From IMG/VR virus record IMGVR_UViG_3300024252_000004, positions 124,001 through 188,000 of that record: a stretch of DNA of 64,000 nucleotides. One strand, written 5' to 3'. A model generated the notes under the pieces. That model had not been told where the DNA came from, did no database searches, and saw only the letters and a program-made list of their open reading frames with translations. The stretch's first letter is position 1. Every line of letters starts with the position of its first letter. The position numbers and the translations under genes were made by a program. This document shows, piece after piece, positions 36,175-44,912 of the stretch.

Positions 36175-36420
36175 ATGAGAAGTAGAGATGTCGTGAAAGC
36201 CTGGGATAATGGAGTCCCAGCAGAAACAAAGAACCTGCGTACTGACGGTTTCGATCTGTGGTCTTACGAAGTGCTGATTGGTACTCGCCCAAACGCAAGC
36301 GCACAAATCGTCTTCGACTACACAGCTCCGGCTGGACATTTCGAATCACACACAACTTCGGTTCATGTGGGACTCGCGAAAAGAATCACGAACGCAAACG
36401 TGATTGAGCCTCCGGAATAA
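36175..36420 (+). CDS. Hypothetical phage protein
   Basis: GGGGGAG RBS; VVKAW...NLRTDG..LWSY..LIG pattern recalled from phage proteins (unverified). Confidence 0.75.
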   Translation: MRSRDVVKAWDNGVPAETKNLRTDGFDLWSYEVLIGTRPNASAQIVFDYTAPAGHFESHTTSVHVGLAKRITNANVIEPPE

Positions 36421-36422
36421 AG

Positions 36423-36530
36423 AGTAACCCCGAACACTCACAAGAATACTGGACATGCATCATGTTCAGCCTTCTTCTCTCTACAGGGTGTTTTATCCCG
36501 TGTTCTTTTGAGTGCTCGGGGTGTACTCCA
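36423..36530 (+). other. Long imperfect hairpin / structured leader
   Basis: GAGTAACCCCGAACACTCACAAGAATAC pairs with GTGTTCTTTTGAGTGCTCGGGGTGTACTC (about 28 bp) around an inner TGGACATG/CATGTTCA hairpin. Confidence 0.6.
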
Positions 36531-36664
36531 CATATACGCGTCCGCTACAAAGCGGAGTAACTCACCAATACCATTCGGGAGAGTATCAGGTTGTAGGACG
36601 ATCTGATTCATCTTGGCGCGTAGTGATAGTCCTTTCATATACACGAAACGGTAGGGAGCAGGCA

Positions 36665-37294
36665 ATGGCGACGAAGGAAAATTTCCAGAATCTCAAGCCT
36701 GACGTGATCGCAAAGACTCGCCTGTACTCTGACAACTCCCAGAGCTTCACAGTGCTCCATGGTGTCACCATGGAAGCGGCGCGTTATCACCTGAGTGTCA
36801 ATGAGAAGCTTGGTGGTAAGCCAGCACGGTCAATGCTCTTCAGGAAAATCTGCGACTTCACCTGTTTCGATGACAACCTCGGACGTGCGTACATGCCGCA
36901 ACCGTGGGCAAAGGGAATCCTTCCCATCTTCCCAAAGAAGTGGATGGTGAGCTTCGCCAATGGTTCGAAAATCGATCTGAGCTACACGGTTAGGCCGGGA
37001 AGCAAAAGGCAGATCGTTGGATATTCCTACGCTCTCGTACGACAAATAACCACTGGTGGGATCGGCATCTCCAAATTGACCAAGATTCTTTTGGAGGTTG
37101 GTTACTCGGGCCTCACCGTAGGTGACGTGATGGCAGCCGTAAAGTCCAGACCAGATCTGTTCGCGCCGCATAAGGGGCTTTCACAGTGGACCGTCAAGAG
37201 GGCTTATGACGCTGAGCCTATCTTGGAGGGTGATGCGGTGGCACAAACCAACAAGACGCTTCTGAAGGTCTTCAGACTCCTGCGTGACAAGTGA
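36665..37294 (+). CDS. Hypothetical protein
   Basis: GGGAG RBS before ATG 36665. Confidence 0.75.
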   Translation: MATKENFQNLKPDVIAKTRLYSDNSQSFTVLHGVTMEAARYHLSVNEKLGGKPARSMLFRKICDFTCFDDNLGRAYMPQPWAKGILPIFPKKWMVSFANGSKIDLSYTVRPGSKRQIVGYSYALVRQITTGGIGISKLTKILLEVGYSGLTVGDVMAAVKSRPDLFAPHKGLSQWTVKRAYDAEPILEGDAVAQTNKTLLKVFRLLRDK

Positions 37295-37536
37295 GTCCTC
37301 CGGTCTGGATCAATCTGCTTCCGCACGGATTCTATAAGCTCACAAGCTACAAGGGAATTGGATGGATGGGATTCCATTACCATGACTGTGGTGTGGAGTT
37401 TATCGAACGGTTCCAGGTGAAGTCATATTCGTTCTACTTTTGGGGAATGACTGACTGGCCCACCACGATGATTGGTCTGCTTGGAAGCGGGGAACTGATC
37501 AAGGTTGAACGCCACGAGATAAGGGGAGAGGTTTAG
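37291..37536 (+). CDS. Hypothetical protein
   Basis: GTGA coupling. Confidence 0.65.
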   Translation: MSPPVWINLLPHGFYKLTSYKGIGWMGFHYHDCGVEFIERFQVKSYSFYFWGMTDWPTTMIGLLGSGELIKVERHEIRGEV

Positions 37537-37826
37537 CCTCGTCCCCTCCGGGGAGAAAAGATTTACATCCTTATCAAACGAACATAGACCACCCTTCCCG
37601 GCATGGCTGTTCGAATATGTACACGCCGCATTCAGTTTCAGAAGATGCCAATTGAATGACTTGGTTTGGCCCGGATAATTTACCCAGTAAACGATAGTTT
37701 TTTCTTTGTAATTAACTACCGCACTTATCTACCTCTTCTATTCTCGACGGTGTGTTGAAGGTTCTCCCGAAGGTCTACCTAACAGTTAGTAAGTGAAAAA
37801 GTCCCTTACAGGGCTCTTCCATAACC

Positions 37827-37851
37827 CTATAACCCCCTACCAGTTATTTAG
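37827..37851 (-). promoter_or_regulatory. Reverse-oriented copy of the cassette promoter
   Basis: Minus strand reads CTAAATAACTGGTAGGGGGTTATAG; compare AACTGGTAGGGTGTTATAG at 23001. Confidence 0.6.
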
Positions 37852-38181
37852 AAAAGAACAATGTATCACCACAACACACCATCATCTAACCCTGCCCCCA
37901 CCGGGGAGAAAAGTTTTGCACGGCACCACCCACCACCGGGGTGAAAACTTTAACATCAGGTTTAACATGTCTATCTATCATCATTCAAGACTCAAACATA
38001 CCAGCACATACCACTCAACTCCTTAGGGTACATACTATGGCATTCAATCCAGAGAGCAAATCGAACTATCCTTTACTGATAAGAATGTGATAAGCATCGC
38101 TCTATTCTAATTTTCTCATAGGACGTTATCAGTAGTTGAACTGTACCGGATCAATCAGACCCAACTGTCAGGAGTTTAACA

Positions 38182-38385
38182 ATGGCGTTTCACCGATACG
38201 ATGATAGAACCAAGGATCGCGAGAAGGATAGCAATGATGTCGCTGCATTCCTTGAGAGTGGTGGGGAGATCACTCGCGTTCCCAACGGACAAAAGATGAA
38301 GAAGCTTCGCCGGAGCAGAGCATCATCTGATCGGAAGTCAAAGGACAACGGACTCGAAGTCCTGTTCGATCTGAATCAGTTCTGA
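38182..38385 (+). CDS. Small protein resembling the SutA RNA-polymerase-binding domain
   Basis: DVAAFLESGGEITRVP motif; AGGAG RBS. Confidence 0.5.
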   Translation: MAFHRYDDRTKDREKDSNDVAAFLESGGEITRVPNGQKMKKLRRSRASSDRKSKDNGLEVLFDLNQF

Positions 38386-38678
38386 TTCCTATATGATGTC
38401 ATAGATAGCGTAGGTAATACAGTTACTTGCGCTGTCTGTGGTTCAGAGTTCGACTTAATCCGGTACACACTTACTCTTTTTCTCAGAGAGATCGACTTTT
38501 CCTGTAGAAACGGAACCTCTTTTTCTGAGAAAAAACACTTTTTCCTGTGGAAACGCGATATAGAGAATCGCATACATCTTGAAGTTTTCTACGGTGACGG
38601 GTTTAAGTACCGCACACTGTGTTACTTCGCACACAGGTAATTTTTTACAACTTTTTGTATAAGCTACATAGAGGGTCC

Positions 38679-39041
38679 ATGCTTCTCTACATCATTCGCG
38701 ACGACTGTGTCTTCCCAAACGCCAGTCACAATCAGGTAATGATTGACGACTTCGGCCTCACACTTTCACCCAGGAGTGTGCGTGATCGTCTGTGTGAGTA
38801 CCGTCAAATCGAAGACCTTCATGAAACGGAAGACGAGACATTCGAGTTCGTCCTTGTGACTCGCAGCATTCCTGCGATGAACTGGTTTGCTCGTGAGCTT
38901 GGCTATGAGAGTGTGATGGTCTGGTGTCCGGCCACTGATTCTTGGATCTCGATTACTGACGAGCTTACTTACGATTTCCTGGCGCACTTTGCGCTTGGGG
39001 ATCTGTACCTGAATGGTCATCTCGATATTGAGGCTGACTGA
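38679..39041 (+). CDS. Hypothetical protein
   Basis: GAGGG RBS before ATG 38679. Confidence 0.7.
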   Translation: MLLYIIRDDCVFPNASHNQVMIDDFGLTLSPRSVRDRLCEYRQIEDLHETEDETFEFVLVTRSIPAMNWFARELGYESVMVWCPATDSWISITDELTYDFLAHFALGDLYLNGHLDIEAD

Positions 39042-39079
39042 CATACATACGGACACACACAAGTGCCTTGAGGTTTGCG

Positions 39080-39298
39080 ATGAATTACTTTCTTTGTCTG
39101 GGTGACGTAGAGATTGGCGGGACTCCTTTGGGGACTGACGGCAAGCTGATCATTCGTGATCTTAAGACTCTTCGGGGTGTTATCAATAGAGGTAAGAGAG
39201 CGTGGCCGGGAAAGACATTCACCGTCTGGTCATTCCGTAACTTCTACAGAGAAGACACGTTCCGAAAGGTTCATACAAACATTGGAGATATGGCATGA
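39080..39298 (+). CDS. Hypothetical protein
   Basis: GAGG RBS. Confidence 0.7.
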   Translation: MNYFLCLGDVEIGGTPLGTDGKLIIRDLKTLRGVINRGKRAWPGKTFTVWSFRNFYREDTFRKVHTNIGDMA

Positions 39299-39489
39299 CA
39301 ATCACTGACTGGCGAAACCTTTTGATCTCTTTGCTTGACGACGATCATGGCATCACGAGGGATGCTTATTTCAAGCTTGAAAAAATGATTTGGGAGCAAT
39401 GTTCGGACTCTGGAGAGCTTACGGGCATTCTGAATGCTACAAAGTGTTCTGATGATCGAGTGTATCTCCCAGAGAATTGGGACGAGTAA
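39295..39489 (+). CDS. Hypothetical protein
   Basis: ATGA coupling. Confidence 0.7.
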   Translation: MTITDWRNLLISLLDDDHGITRDAYFKLEKMIWEQCSDSGELTGILNATKCSDDRVYLPENWDE

Positions 39490-39551
39490 CCCTAACTCGA
39501 AATTTTTTACTCAGAATTTTTTTCTGAGGTTTACATATAAGGCAAAGCAAA

Positions 39552-39869
39552 GTGTATACAGACTGTTGTGGCACGGGTCTCGGAGAGATTGAGAGAATTC
39601 CCGTGTGTTCCAATTGCTACAAAGAGCGTCCGCCAACTGGTCGTCTTCTCTCTAATGCTGACATCAAAACTTTGTATCGCAGAGCTGTCCATTTCAATCT
39701 GACCTCACGGGAGCCTGTGTGTTTGAATGAGATTGTGTGGGAATGGGTCGAAGATTTGTGTGGAGAGAAGGGAGACTTTCCAGACTCCGTGCCACATTCT
39801 ATTGTGAATCTTTGGCATGAAGACGTGATGTCTCTGATCAATGAATTGGCGGCAACCTTCGATACTTGA
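39552..39869 (+). CDS. Hypothetical protein with N-terminal Cys cluster
   Basis: CC....CSNC. Confidence 0.65.
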   Translation: MYTDCCGTGLGEIERIPVCSNCYKERPPTGRLLSNADIKTLYRRAVHFNLTSREPVCLNEIVWEWVEDLCGEKGDFPDSVPHSIVNLWHEDVMSLINELAATFDT

Positions 39870-39895
39870 GGGTAGGGCCTCAAAGGGGTAAACTG

Positions 39896-40108
39896 ATGGC
39901 GACTGTTTTGGATCGAGAGAAACCTCCGTGGAGTCAGACCATTCGGTGTTTCAGTTGGAGTTGCGGCGTTACCTTCCAGATCACAAGGTCGGATGTTTAC
40001 AAGCGCCTTTACTCTTACAAAGCTGAGTGTCCAGAGTGTGGCAAGGAACACGGAGTCTATGGCTACACCAGTATTCCGAACTTCCGCAACCTTCCTGAGA
40101 GGAATTGA
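39896..40108 (+). CDS. Zinc-ribbon protein
   Basis: CFSWSCG...CPECG. Confidence 0.7.
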   Translation: MATVLDREKPPWSQTIRCFSWSCGVTFQITRSDVYKRLYSYKAECPECGKEHGVYGYTSIPNFRNLPERN

Positions 40109-40109
40109 T

Positions 40110-40421
40110 ATGAGAAACCTTCTGCGTTGGATTCTTAGTCTCTTTGGCTTTGACGACACTGTCCAGCCCAAGAGAGAGAAGCGTCCTGTTTCTGGTTACG
40201 ACAAGTATGCTGAGGGCACAATTGAGAGGGATGCCTTTCATTGTGGTTTCACTTACGGATTGAATCTCGCTTGTTCTGGGTGGCCGGAGAAAACTGTTTA
40301 CATGAAAGAGCGGTGGAGTCGCGGAGAAGAGGGTCAGCGTCTGTATAAAATTCATGAAGAGGGAGTGAAGGAGGCGTTTCGTTCTAGCTCCAACATCATT
40401 GGAGGAACAAGTGTCCACTGA
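40110..40421 (+). CDS. Hypothetical protein
   Basis: GAGGA RBS. Confidence 0.7.
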   Translation: MRNLLRWILSLFGFDDTVQPKREKRPVSGYDKYAEGTIERDAFHCGFTYGLNLACSGWPEKTVYMKERWSRGEEGQRLYKIHEEGVKEAFRSSSNIIGGTSVH

Positions 40422-40473
40422 TAACAGGGAAATTCCGCATCGAAGCTGCAAACGAGAATCATAAGGAAGTGTA

Positions 40474-41169
40474 GTGATGTCTATCGGCGAAAGGGCTCGA
40501 CAGATTGTAAGCCTCGAACACTTTGCCGGTGCGAATGAGGCAGAAGAGGTTGGCCCTTACCATCTTGAGTGTCCTTTCGATGATCAGTACATTCTTCGGA
40601 TGCTGGTTAAGGTAGGAAACGCTGACTTCCGAATCCCTTCTGAGCTTGAGTGGCTTCGTGATATGATCGAAGAGGCTTATCGGTATCAGAGAGAGGAAGT
40701 AGGAGTGACTCACAGCTTCTGCTATGTCACTGTGAGACATGGAGAGGTTCGTAGTGTCACTGACGATGAGTGGCATGTTGACGGCTTCTCTACCTTCATC
40801 ACACACATTCCTGAGTCGAACTACGTTGCTGTGAACCATACTCCGACAGAGTATCTGGTTCAGCCCATTGAATTCCCTGATGACTTTGATCCTTTGGTTC
40901 ATAACGTTCAGTGGTACATTCAGAACAGGGCGAGCTTGGATGTGAGAAGGCTTAAGCCTCACACACTCTATTGCTTTGACCCTTACTTCATTCATCGCAG
41001 GCCCTCCATTGAGCCTGGAACTCACCGCACCTTTGTCCGAGTGTCTTTTACTCCGATTGAGATTGCGGATGACGCGAACACTCCCAACCCTCTTCTTCCG
41101 ATGAGAGTATACGAGCGAGACGGTGTCACGATTCGGAATGCTCTTTCTGACTATGACTTGGATTCGTAA
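40474..41169 (+). CDS. 2OG-Fe(II) dioxygenase-like protein
   Basis: WHVDG (HxD), distal IHRRP His and RTFVRVSF (RxxxR strand). Confidence 0.7.
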   Translation: MMSIGERARQIVSLEHFAGANEAEEVGPYHLECPFDDQYILRMLVKVGNADFRIPSELEWLRDMIEEAYRYQREEVGVTHSFCYVTVRHGEVRSVTDDEWHVDGFSTFITHIPESNYVAVNHTPTEYLVQPIEFPDDFDPLVHNVQWYIQNRASLDVRRLKPHTLYCFDPYFIHRRPSIEPGTHRTFVRVSFTPIEIADDANTPNPLLPMRVYERDGVTIRNALSDYDLDS

Positions 41170-41330
41170 TGCCCTTTAATGAGTTTGTCAGCTATACCAT
41201 CTTTTTCATGGCGTGCTTTGGTTTCGTGGTTGTCAACGTTGTGATGACCGTGGCGCAATTGAATAAGAATAAGGCGAAGAAGATGCGTAACTGCACTCGT
41301 TGCATTCGTTGCTCTGAGTGTAACAAGTGA
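41169..41330 (+). CDS. Small membrane protein with Cys-rich tail (53 aa, not in ORF track)
   Basis: TAATG coupling; one TM segment, then CTRC.RC.EC. Confidence 0.6.
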   Translation: MPFNEFVSYTIFFMACFGFVVVNVVMTVAQLNKNKAKKMRNCTRCIRCSECNK

Positions 41331-41397
41331 GTACCACTCCTACTGTTTGTCCTATTGCGTGTGCTACCCGATTCACCATGAGTCTCTGAAAGCGATA

Positions 41398-42165
41398 ATG
41401 ATTTCCCTGATTCTTTCTTTGCTGTTCAATCCTGCATATGCAAGCGGTGCTGATCGTTGTGCTGTCAAGGATTGTATTTGCGAAGTGCGAGAGAATCGGG
41501 TGAAGCAAAAGAAGCCGGGCGAAACCTACGTCACATTTGCTGAAGACTCTTCTGAGCTTTCAGATTTTGCGAAGAGGAAGCTTGACGCTTACCTTCAGAG
41601 AGTATCTGGCAACTTTCATATCTCTGGCTACGCTGACTCATGCGGCAATTCCAGTCACAACCTAAGTCTCTCACAACGTCGGGCAAATGCTGTTCGAAAG
41701 TATGTTGGGAGCAAGAGCAAGCGTAGCTCAATAGCTTTCTATGGTGAGACGAACTCTCACAATCATACCGAGGCTGATAGAAAGGCTGTCATTTCAACCC
41801 GAAAGGATTGGATGACTCGGAACATGGATGCGGTAAAGGCTGATGTCTATTTGATTGACGCTTCTGGATCTATCTCTTCCCATTGGTCTCAGATAACGGA
41901 GTATGATTTCCCCTATGGTTCAAAGGTGATCCTGTCGAAGATGACTAACTGTCGTGATGGACAGTACGTCAACACAGTGACACCTGCTGGCGGCACAGAG
42001 ATTTGGTATTCATACTGGACGGTGCTGAAAGAAATGAATCATGGAGAAACGATTCTTATCATTTCAGATTTCCGAAGCAACTATCCTTTGTCTGCAAATG
42101 AGCATAAGAAGATTGAGGCTCTGGCAAAGAGTAAGGGTATCAAGGTCTACACAATTAAGTGGTAG
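41398..42165 (+). CDS. Exported OmpA-C-like peptidoglycan-binding domain fused to a vWA-like domain
   Basis: Signal peptide; F..DSSEL, ISGYAD..G....NLSLSQRRANAV; then LIDASGSI (DxSxS). Confidence 0.8.
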   Translation: MISLILSLLFNPAYASGADRCAVKDCICEVRENRVKQKKPGETYVTFAEDSSELSDFAKRKLDAYLQRVSGNFHISGYADSCGNSSHNLSLSQRRANAVRKYVGSKSKRSSIAFYGETNSHNHTEADRKAVISTRKDWMTRNMDAVKADVYLIDASGSISSHWSQITEYDFPYGSKVILSKMTNCRDGQYVNTVTPAGGTEIWYSYWTVLKEMNHGETILIISDFRSNYPLSANEHKKIEALAKSKGIKVYTIKW

Positions 42166-42198
42166 TTGCAGAATCAATTTAAAAAAAAGGTACATGTA

Positions 42199-42483
42199 AT
42201 GAAGAGTCCTGAATCTATTTGTGGATGCTGTTTTTTCGAGTGTGATCTTGACGAACTGTGTTCTTCCTGTGAAGCGTGCGAGACTTGCTGTAGCTGCAAG
42301 ACTCTGGTTCAGCTATTCCCTGGGTGTGATTCTGACGAAGAGCAGCAGGCGTTTAAGGAGGCTGGAGAGGTTATCGCTAACAAGTATCGTTGGCTGGCTT
42401 ACCTTCTCTGTGGGGTCATCATGGTCCTTCCCATTATCTCTGGTGCCTTCATGTATCTTTGGGTGCAGGGGATGGGACAGTGA
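42199..42483 (+). CDS. Cys-rich membrane protein
   Basis: Cys cluster followed by one TM helix. Confidence 0.65.
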   Translation: MKSPESICGCCFFECDLDELCSSCEACETCCSCKTLVQLFPGCDSDEEQQAFKEAGEVIANKYRWLAYLLCGVIMVLPIISGAFMYLWVQGMGQ

Positions 42484-42680
42484 AGCTCTCTCTTCAAACC
42501 AAGGTCATTCTTTTTGAGGCGGCTTACTGTCTGTTCTGCGGGTTTGCTTCGTCTATCGTCTCTGTGATTAATTATCATACTGCGGCCAGTCTGATCTCAA
42601 TGCACATTGGGATTTGGTCTTCACTGATTTTCGTAGTAATTGCTGGAGCTTCTTTTTCCTCCAAGAACTCGGCTTACTAG
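42480..42680 (+). CDS. Small membrane protein
   Basis: GTGA coupling; two TM helices. Confidence 0.6.
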   Translation: MKLSLQTKVILFEAAYCLFCGFASSIVSVINYHTAASLISMHIGIWSSLIFVVIAGASFSSKNSAY

Positions 42681-42681
42681 A

Positions 42682-42939
42682 ATGATCCATCTTATCCCTT
42701 ATGATCGGAAGCTTACCAAGGAAACCTACGACACTGAGGTTATTGAAGAGAAGCTTACAAAGAAGCTTCGCCTTGATCGCATTGATCCTGATTTGCTTCC
42801 GCTTCTGAAGAGGGGAGGGGAACTGTTCGTCTATGTCTGCGGCTATCATGACGAAATCTGCAATGAAAGGGTTTTGTTTGGTGGCTTGGATAAGAGTGAG
42901 CAGTCTGACCATTACTACAACATGCTTGAAGAAATCTAA
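42682..42939 (+). CDS. Hypothetical protein
   Basis: Start immediately after the upstream stop. Confidence 0.65.
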   Translation: MIHLIPYDRKLTKETYDTEVIEEKLTKKLRLDRIDPDLLPLLKRGGELFVYVCGYHDEICNERVLFGGLDKSEQSDHYYNMLEEI

Positions 42940-43009
42940 AGTGAAGGTTCTCATCATTGATGATGATCCTATTTAATTATAGGTTGTCTTTGGCTCTAAA
43001 GGAGTAAGC

Positions 43010-43336
43010 ATGTCTACTTCGGATGAAGAGGTTAGCCCTCTTCTTAGCAATGATCACATCAGGGAGTTCTTCTTCACTGGTCTGTTCATTTGGATGAACA
43101 AGCTTGGCTTCTGTGGTTTCACTCTCAATGGGGAACGTGAAGTCACTCTTTACAAGGACAGAGGTACATACTACGAGCCCTTTGGAATCGTAGAATTCTC
43201 TGAAGGTACAGAGACGGAGGCTCTCTTTATCTCTATCGATTCCTTGCTCGCAGGTTTCAAAGTGAAGCAGCAGCTATGTATCGGTACTAATGGATTTGAT
43301 CTTAACAACCTTAACAGTAGGTGCGGAAATGTTTGA
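43010..43336 (+). CDS. Hypothetical protein
   Basis: AAGGAG RBS. Confidence 0.7.
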   Translation: MSTSDEEVSPLLSNDHIREFFFTGLFIWMNKLGFCGFTLNGEREVTLYKDRGTYYEPFGIVEFSEGTETEALFISIDSLLAGFKVKQQLCIGTNGFDLNNLNSRCGNV

Positions 43337-43589
43337 CCCACAGTTGTTCTTTATGATTACGGGGCTCTCTTGGGCCCTCCTTATTCTCATGGGCCTTTTC
43401 AAAAAGCGGAGCAGCATTATCGGAGGTATTCTTCTCGACTTTATGCTTTGGACGTTTTTCGGCATCATCGCAGGATTCTTTGCATGGGTTTTCGGTAAGG
43501 ACCCGCAGCTCACTGTTCTTGTGACAATGACTGTGATCTCTGGAATCCTCTCTGCTCTCAGATTTATCTCTCTATTCTCAAAGGAGTAA
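43329..43589 (+). CDS. Membrane protein (3 TM)
   Basis: Hydrophobic throughout. Confidence 0.7.
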   Translation: MFDPQLFFMITGLSWALLILMGLFKKRSSIIGGILLDFMLWTFFGIIAGFFAWVFGKDPQLTVLVTMTVISGILSALRFISLFSKE

Positions 43590-43591
43590 TC

Positions 43592-43882
43592 ATGGATCAT
43601 TCTATCACTCACGACCCGAAGACCATTCTTGGTATCGGATTCAGTGAGGCAGATGACATCCTGTTTCATCCGCGCTTCTTGTCAAAGGAGTGGGTTGACT
43701 ATCCTGGGGACTATGTCAAAACGTTCTATGACGTTGAGCTAAAGGATGGAACCATTCTGAGTACGGTGTATCCCAACTCTGAAGATTGGGATGGTCATGA
43801 TCCATCTGAGATCAAGAGAGTTCGCTTCTCTACCACTTCTCCTTTCATTGCTTACGAAGATGAGCAGACGGATGAAATGTAA
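43592..43882 (+). CDS. Hypothetical protein
   Basis: AAGGAG RBS. Confidence 0.7.
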   Translation: MDHSITHDPKTILGIGFSEADDILFHPRFLSKEWVDYPGDYVKTFYDVELKDGTILSTVYPNSEDWDGHDPSEIKRVRFSTTSPFIAYEDEQTDEM

Positions 43883-44067
43883 TGGGTCTCTATGAGGTCA
43901 CCGTTGGAAGCTTCGTTATTGGCTCCATGGTAATGGTTATCGGACTGACGTTCTTTCCTGACGCGTTTTCTCCTAAGGTGACACAGGCTACTCCTACAAT
44001 CTACACAGAGAATAAGGCCAAAAGTTGCGATGCTTATTCTTGTTCTAACTTTAGTATTGGAAAGTAA
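43882..44067 (+). CDS. Small membrane-anchored protein
   Basis: TAATG coupling; one TM. Confidence 0.65.
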   Translation: MGLYEVTVGSFVIGSMVMVIGLTFFPDAFSPKVTQATPTIYTENKAKSCDAYSCSNFSIGK

Positions 44068-44068
44068 A

Positions 44069-44665
44069 ATGCCGATTAGACATGCTTGGTATTCTAAAAA
44101 GTCCAACACCCGCAGATATCTAACGCCCGTTTGGTACGGAACGCCCGATGGAAAGTGCGTTAAGATTTGCTTTATCACAGATAGCTCCGAAAATTCTGGT
44201 ACGAATTGGGATGATGTTGAGTATGTTGGAAAAGTAGATACTGACGTTTACTACGGTATCAACAGACCGGACCATGTCCCGATTAGATCCAGACGGAATA
44301 AGTTGGTCAAGGAATCTACTCCTCCTAAGATCCTCAAGATGGATCATAAGACCGTCCGTTACCCCAGAGAGCTTTATACTAACGTTATGGATCTCTCGAA
44401 CGAACTGATGTCTGAGAAATGCACAGCAGAAACGGAGCCGTCGAAGTATGACCTGGGTTCTCATGTGGTCAAGGAGACATTTGAGTCTCTTGGTGACCTG
44501 TTCTTCTTTATCGAAAACGAGGAAGGCATTCGTAAGTGGGTAAGGGAGAAGGACATTCTCAATCAGGTACAGTCTGTTGGTCGCAGTGATGCAATGTCTG
44601 CGGCGTTTGCTAAGGCTAAGCAGTATTTCCTTCCTGCTTACTACGAGCGGAGCAATAGCCTTTAG
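44069..44665 (+). CDS. Hypothetical protein
   Basis: 198-aa ORF directly after the upstream stop. Confidence 0.7.
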   Translation: MPIRHAWYSKKSNTRRYLTPVWYGTPDGKCVKICFITDSSENSGTNWDDVEYVGKVDTDVYYGINRPDHVPIRSRRNKLVKESTPPKILKMDHKTVRYPRELYTNVMDLSNELMSEKCTAETEPSKYDLGSHVVKETFESLGDLFFFIENEEGIRKWVREKDILNQVQSVGRSDAMSAAFAKAKQYFLPAYYERSNSL

Positions 44666-44912
44666 GCTACAGATTATAAGAAGAGGTATGCTAAGGCTCG
44701 AAAGGCATCCCCTGTCCTCTCTGTGAGGCGGTATCTTCTGAGCAGTCCCGAAGGGCTGCTCCGAGTATGACTCACAGATTGTCGCAGATAGGAAGACTGA
44801 CTGGTCTAATTATCTTGATAAGAAAATTGCCTCGCGCCCTGTGTGTTGTCAGTACCATGGTAAGCATACCTCAATAGGAGAACAAGTGATCTATTCCAAT
44901 GGAAGCTACCTG

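Larger units (their letters stand above)
19443..37947. repeat. Dispersed GGGG(A/T)GAAAA / TTTTC(T/A)CCCC boxes (more than 50 by hand count) in cassette spacers
   Basis: Usual order: hairpin, GGGGAGAAAA, spacer, TTTTCTCCCC, ~14 nt, GGGGTGAAAA, promoter (e.g. 20035/20110/20128, 21232/21307/21328, 22407/22444/22468); seen only in intergenic DNA. Confidence 0.9.

Noticed and set aside
17868-37950. CRISPR array
   Set aside because: Repeats are separated by whole genes at irregular distances rather than by uniform 30-40-nt spacers, and there is no cas gene in the window
17868-37950. Classical integron with attC sites
   Set aside because: No consistent RYYYAAC...GTTRRRY core pairs, no tyrosine integrase in the window, and the cassettes carry their own promoters
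44663-44912. TAG readthrough or hidden gene before the rhomboid
   Set aside because: Only short open stretches in several frames with no clear start; cannot be distinguished from chance or decay
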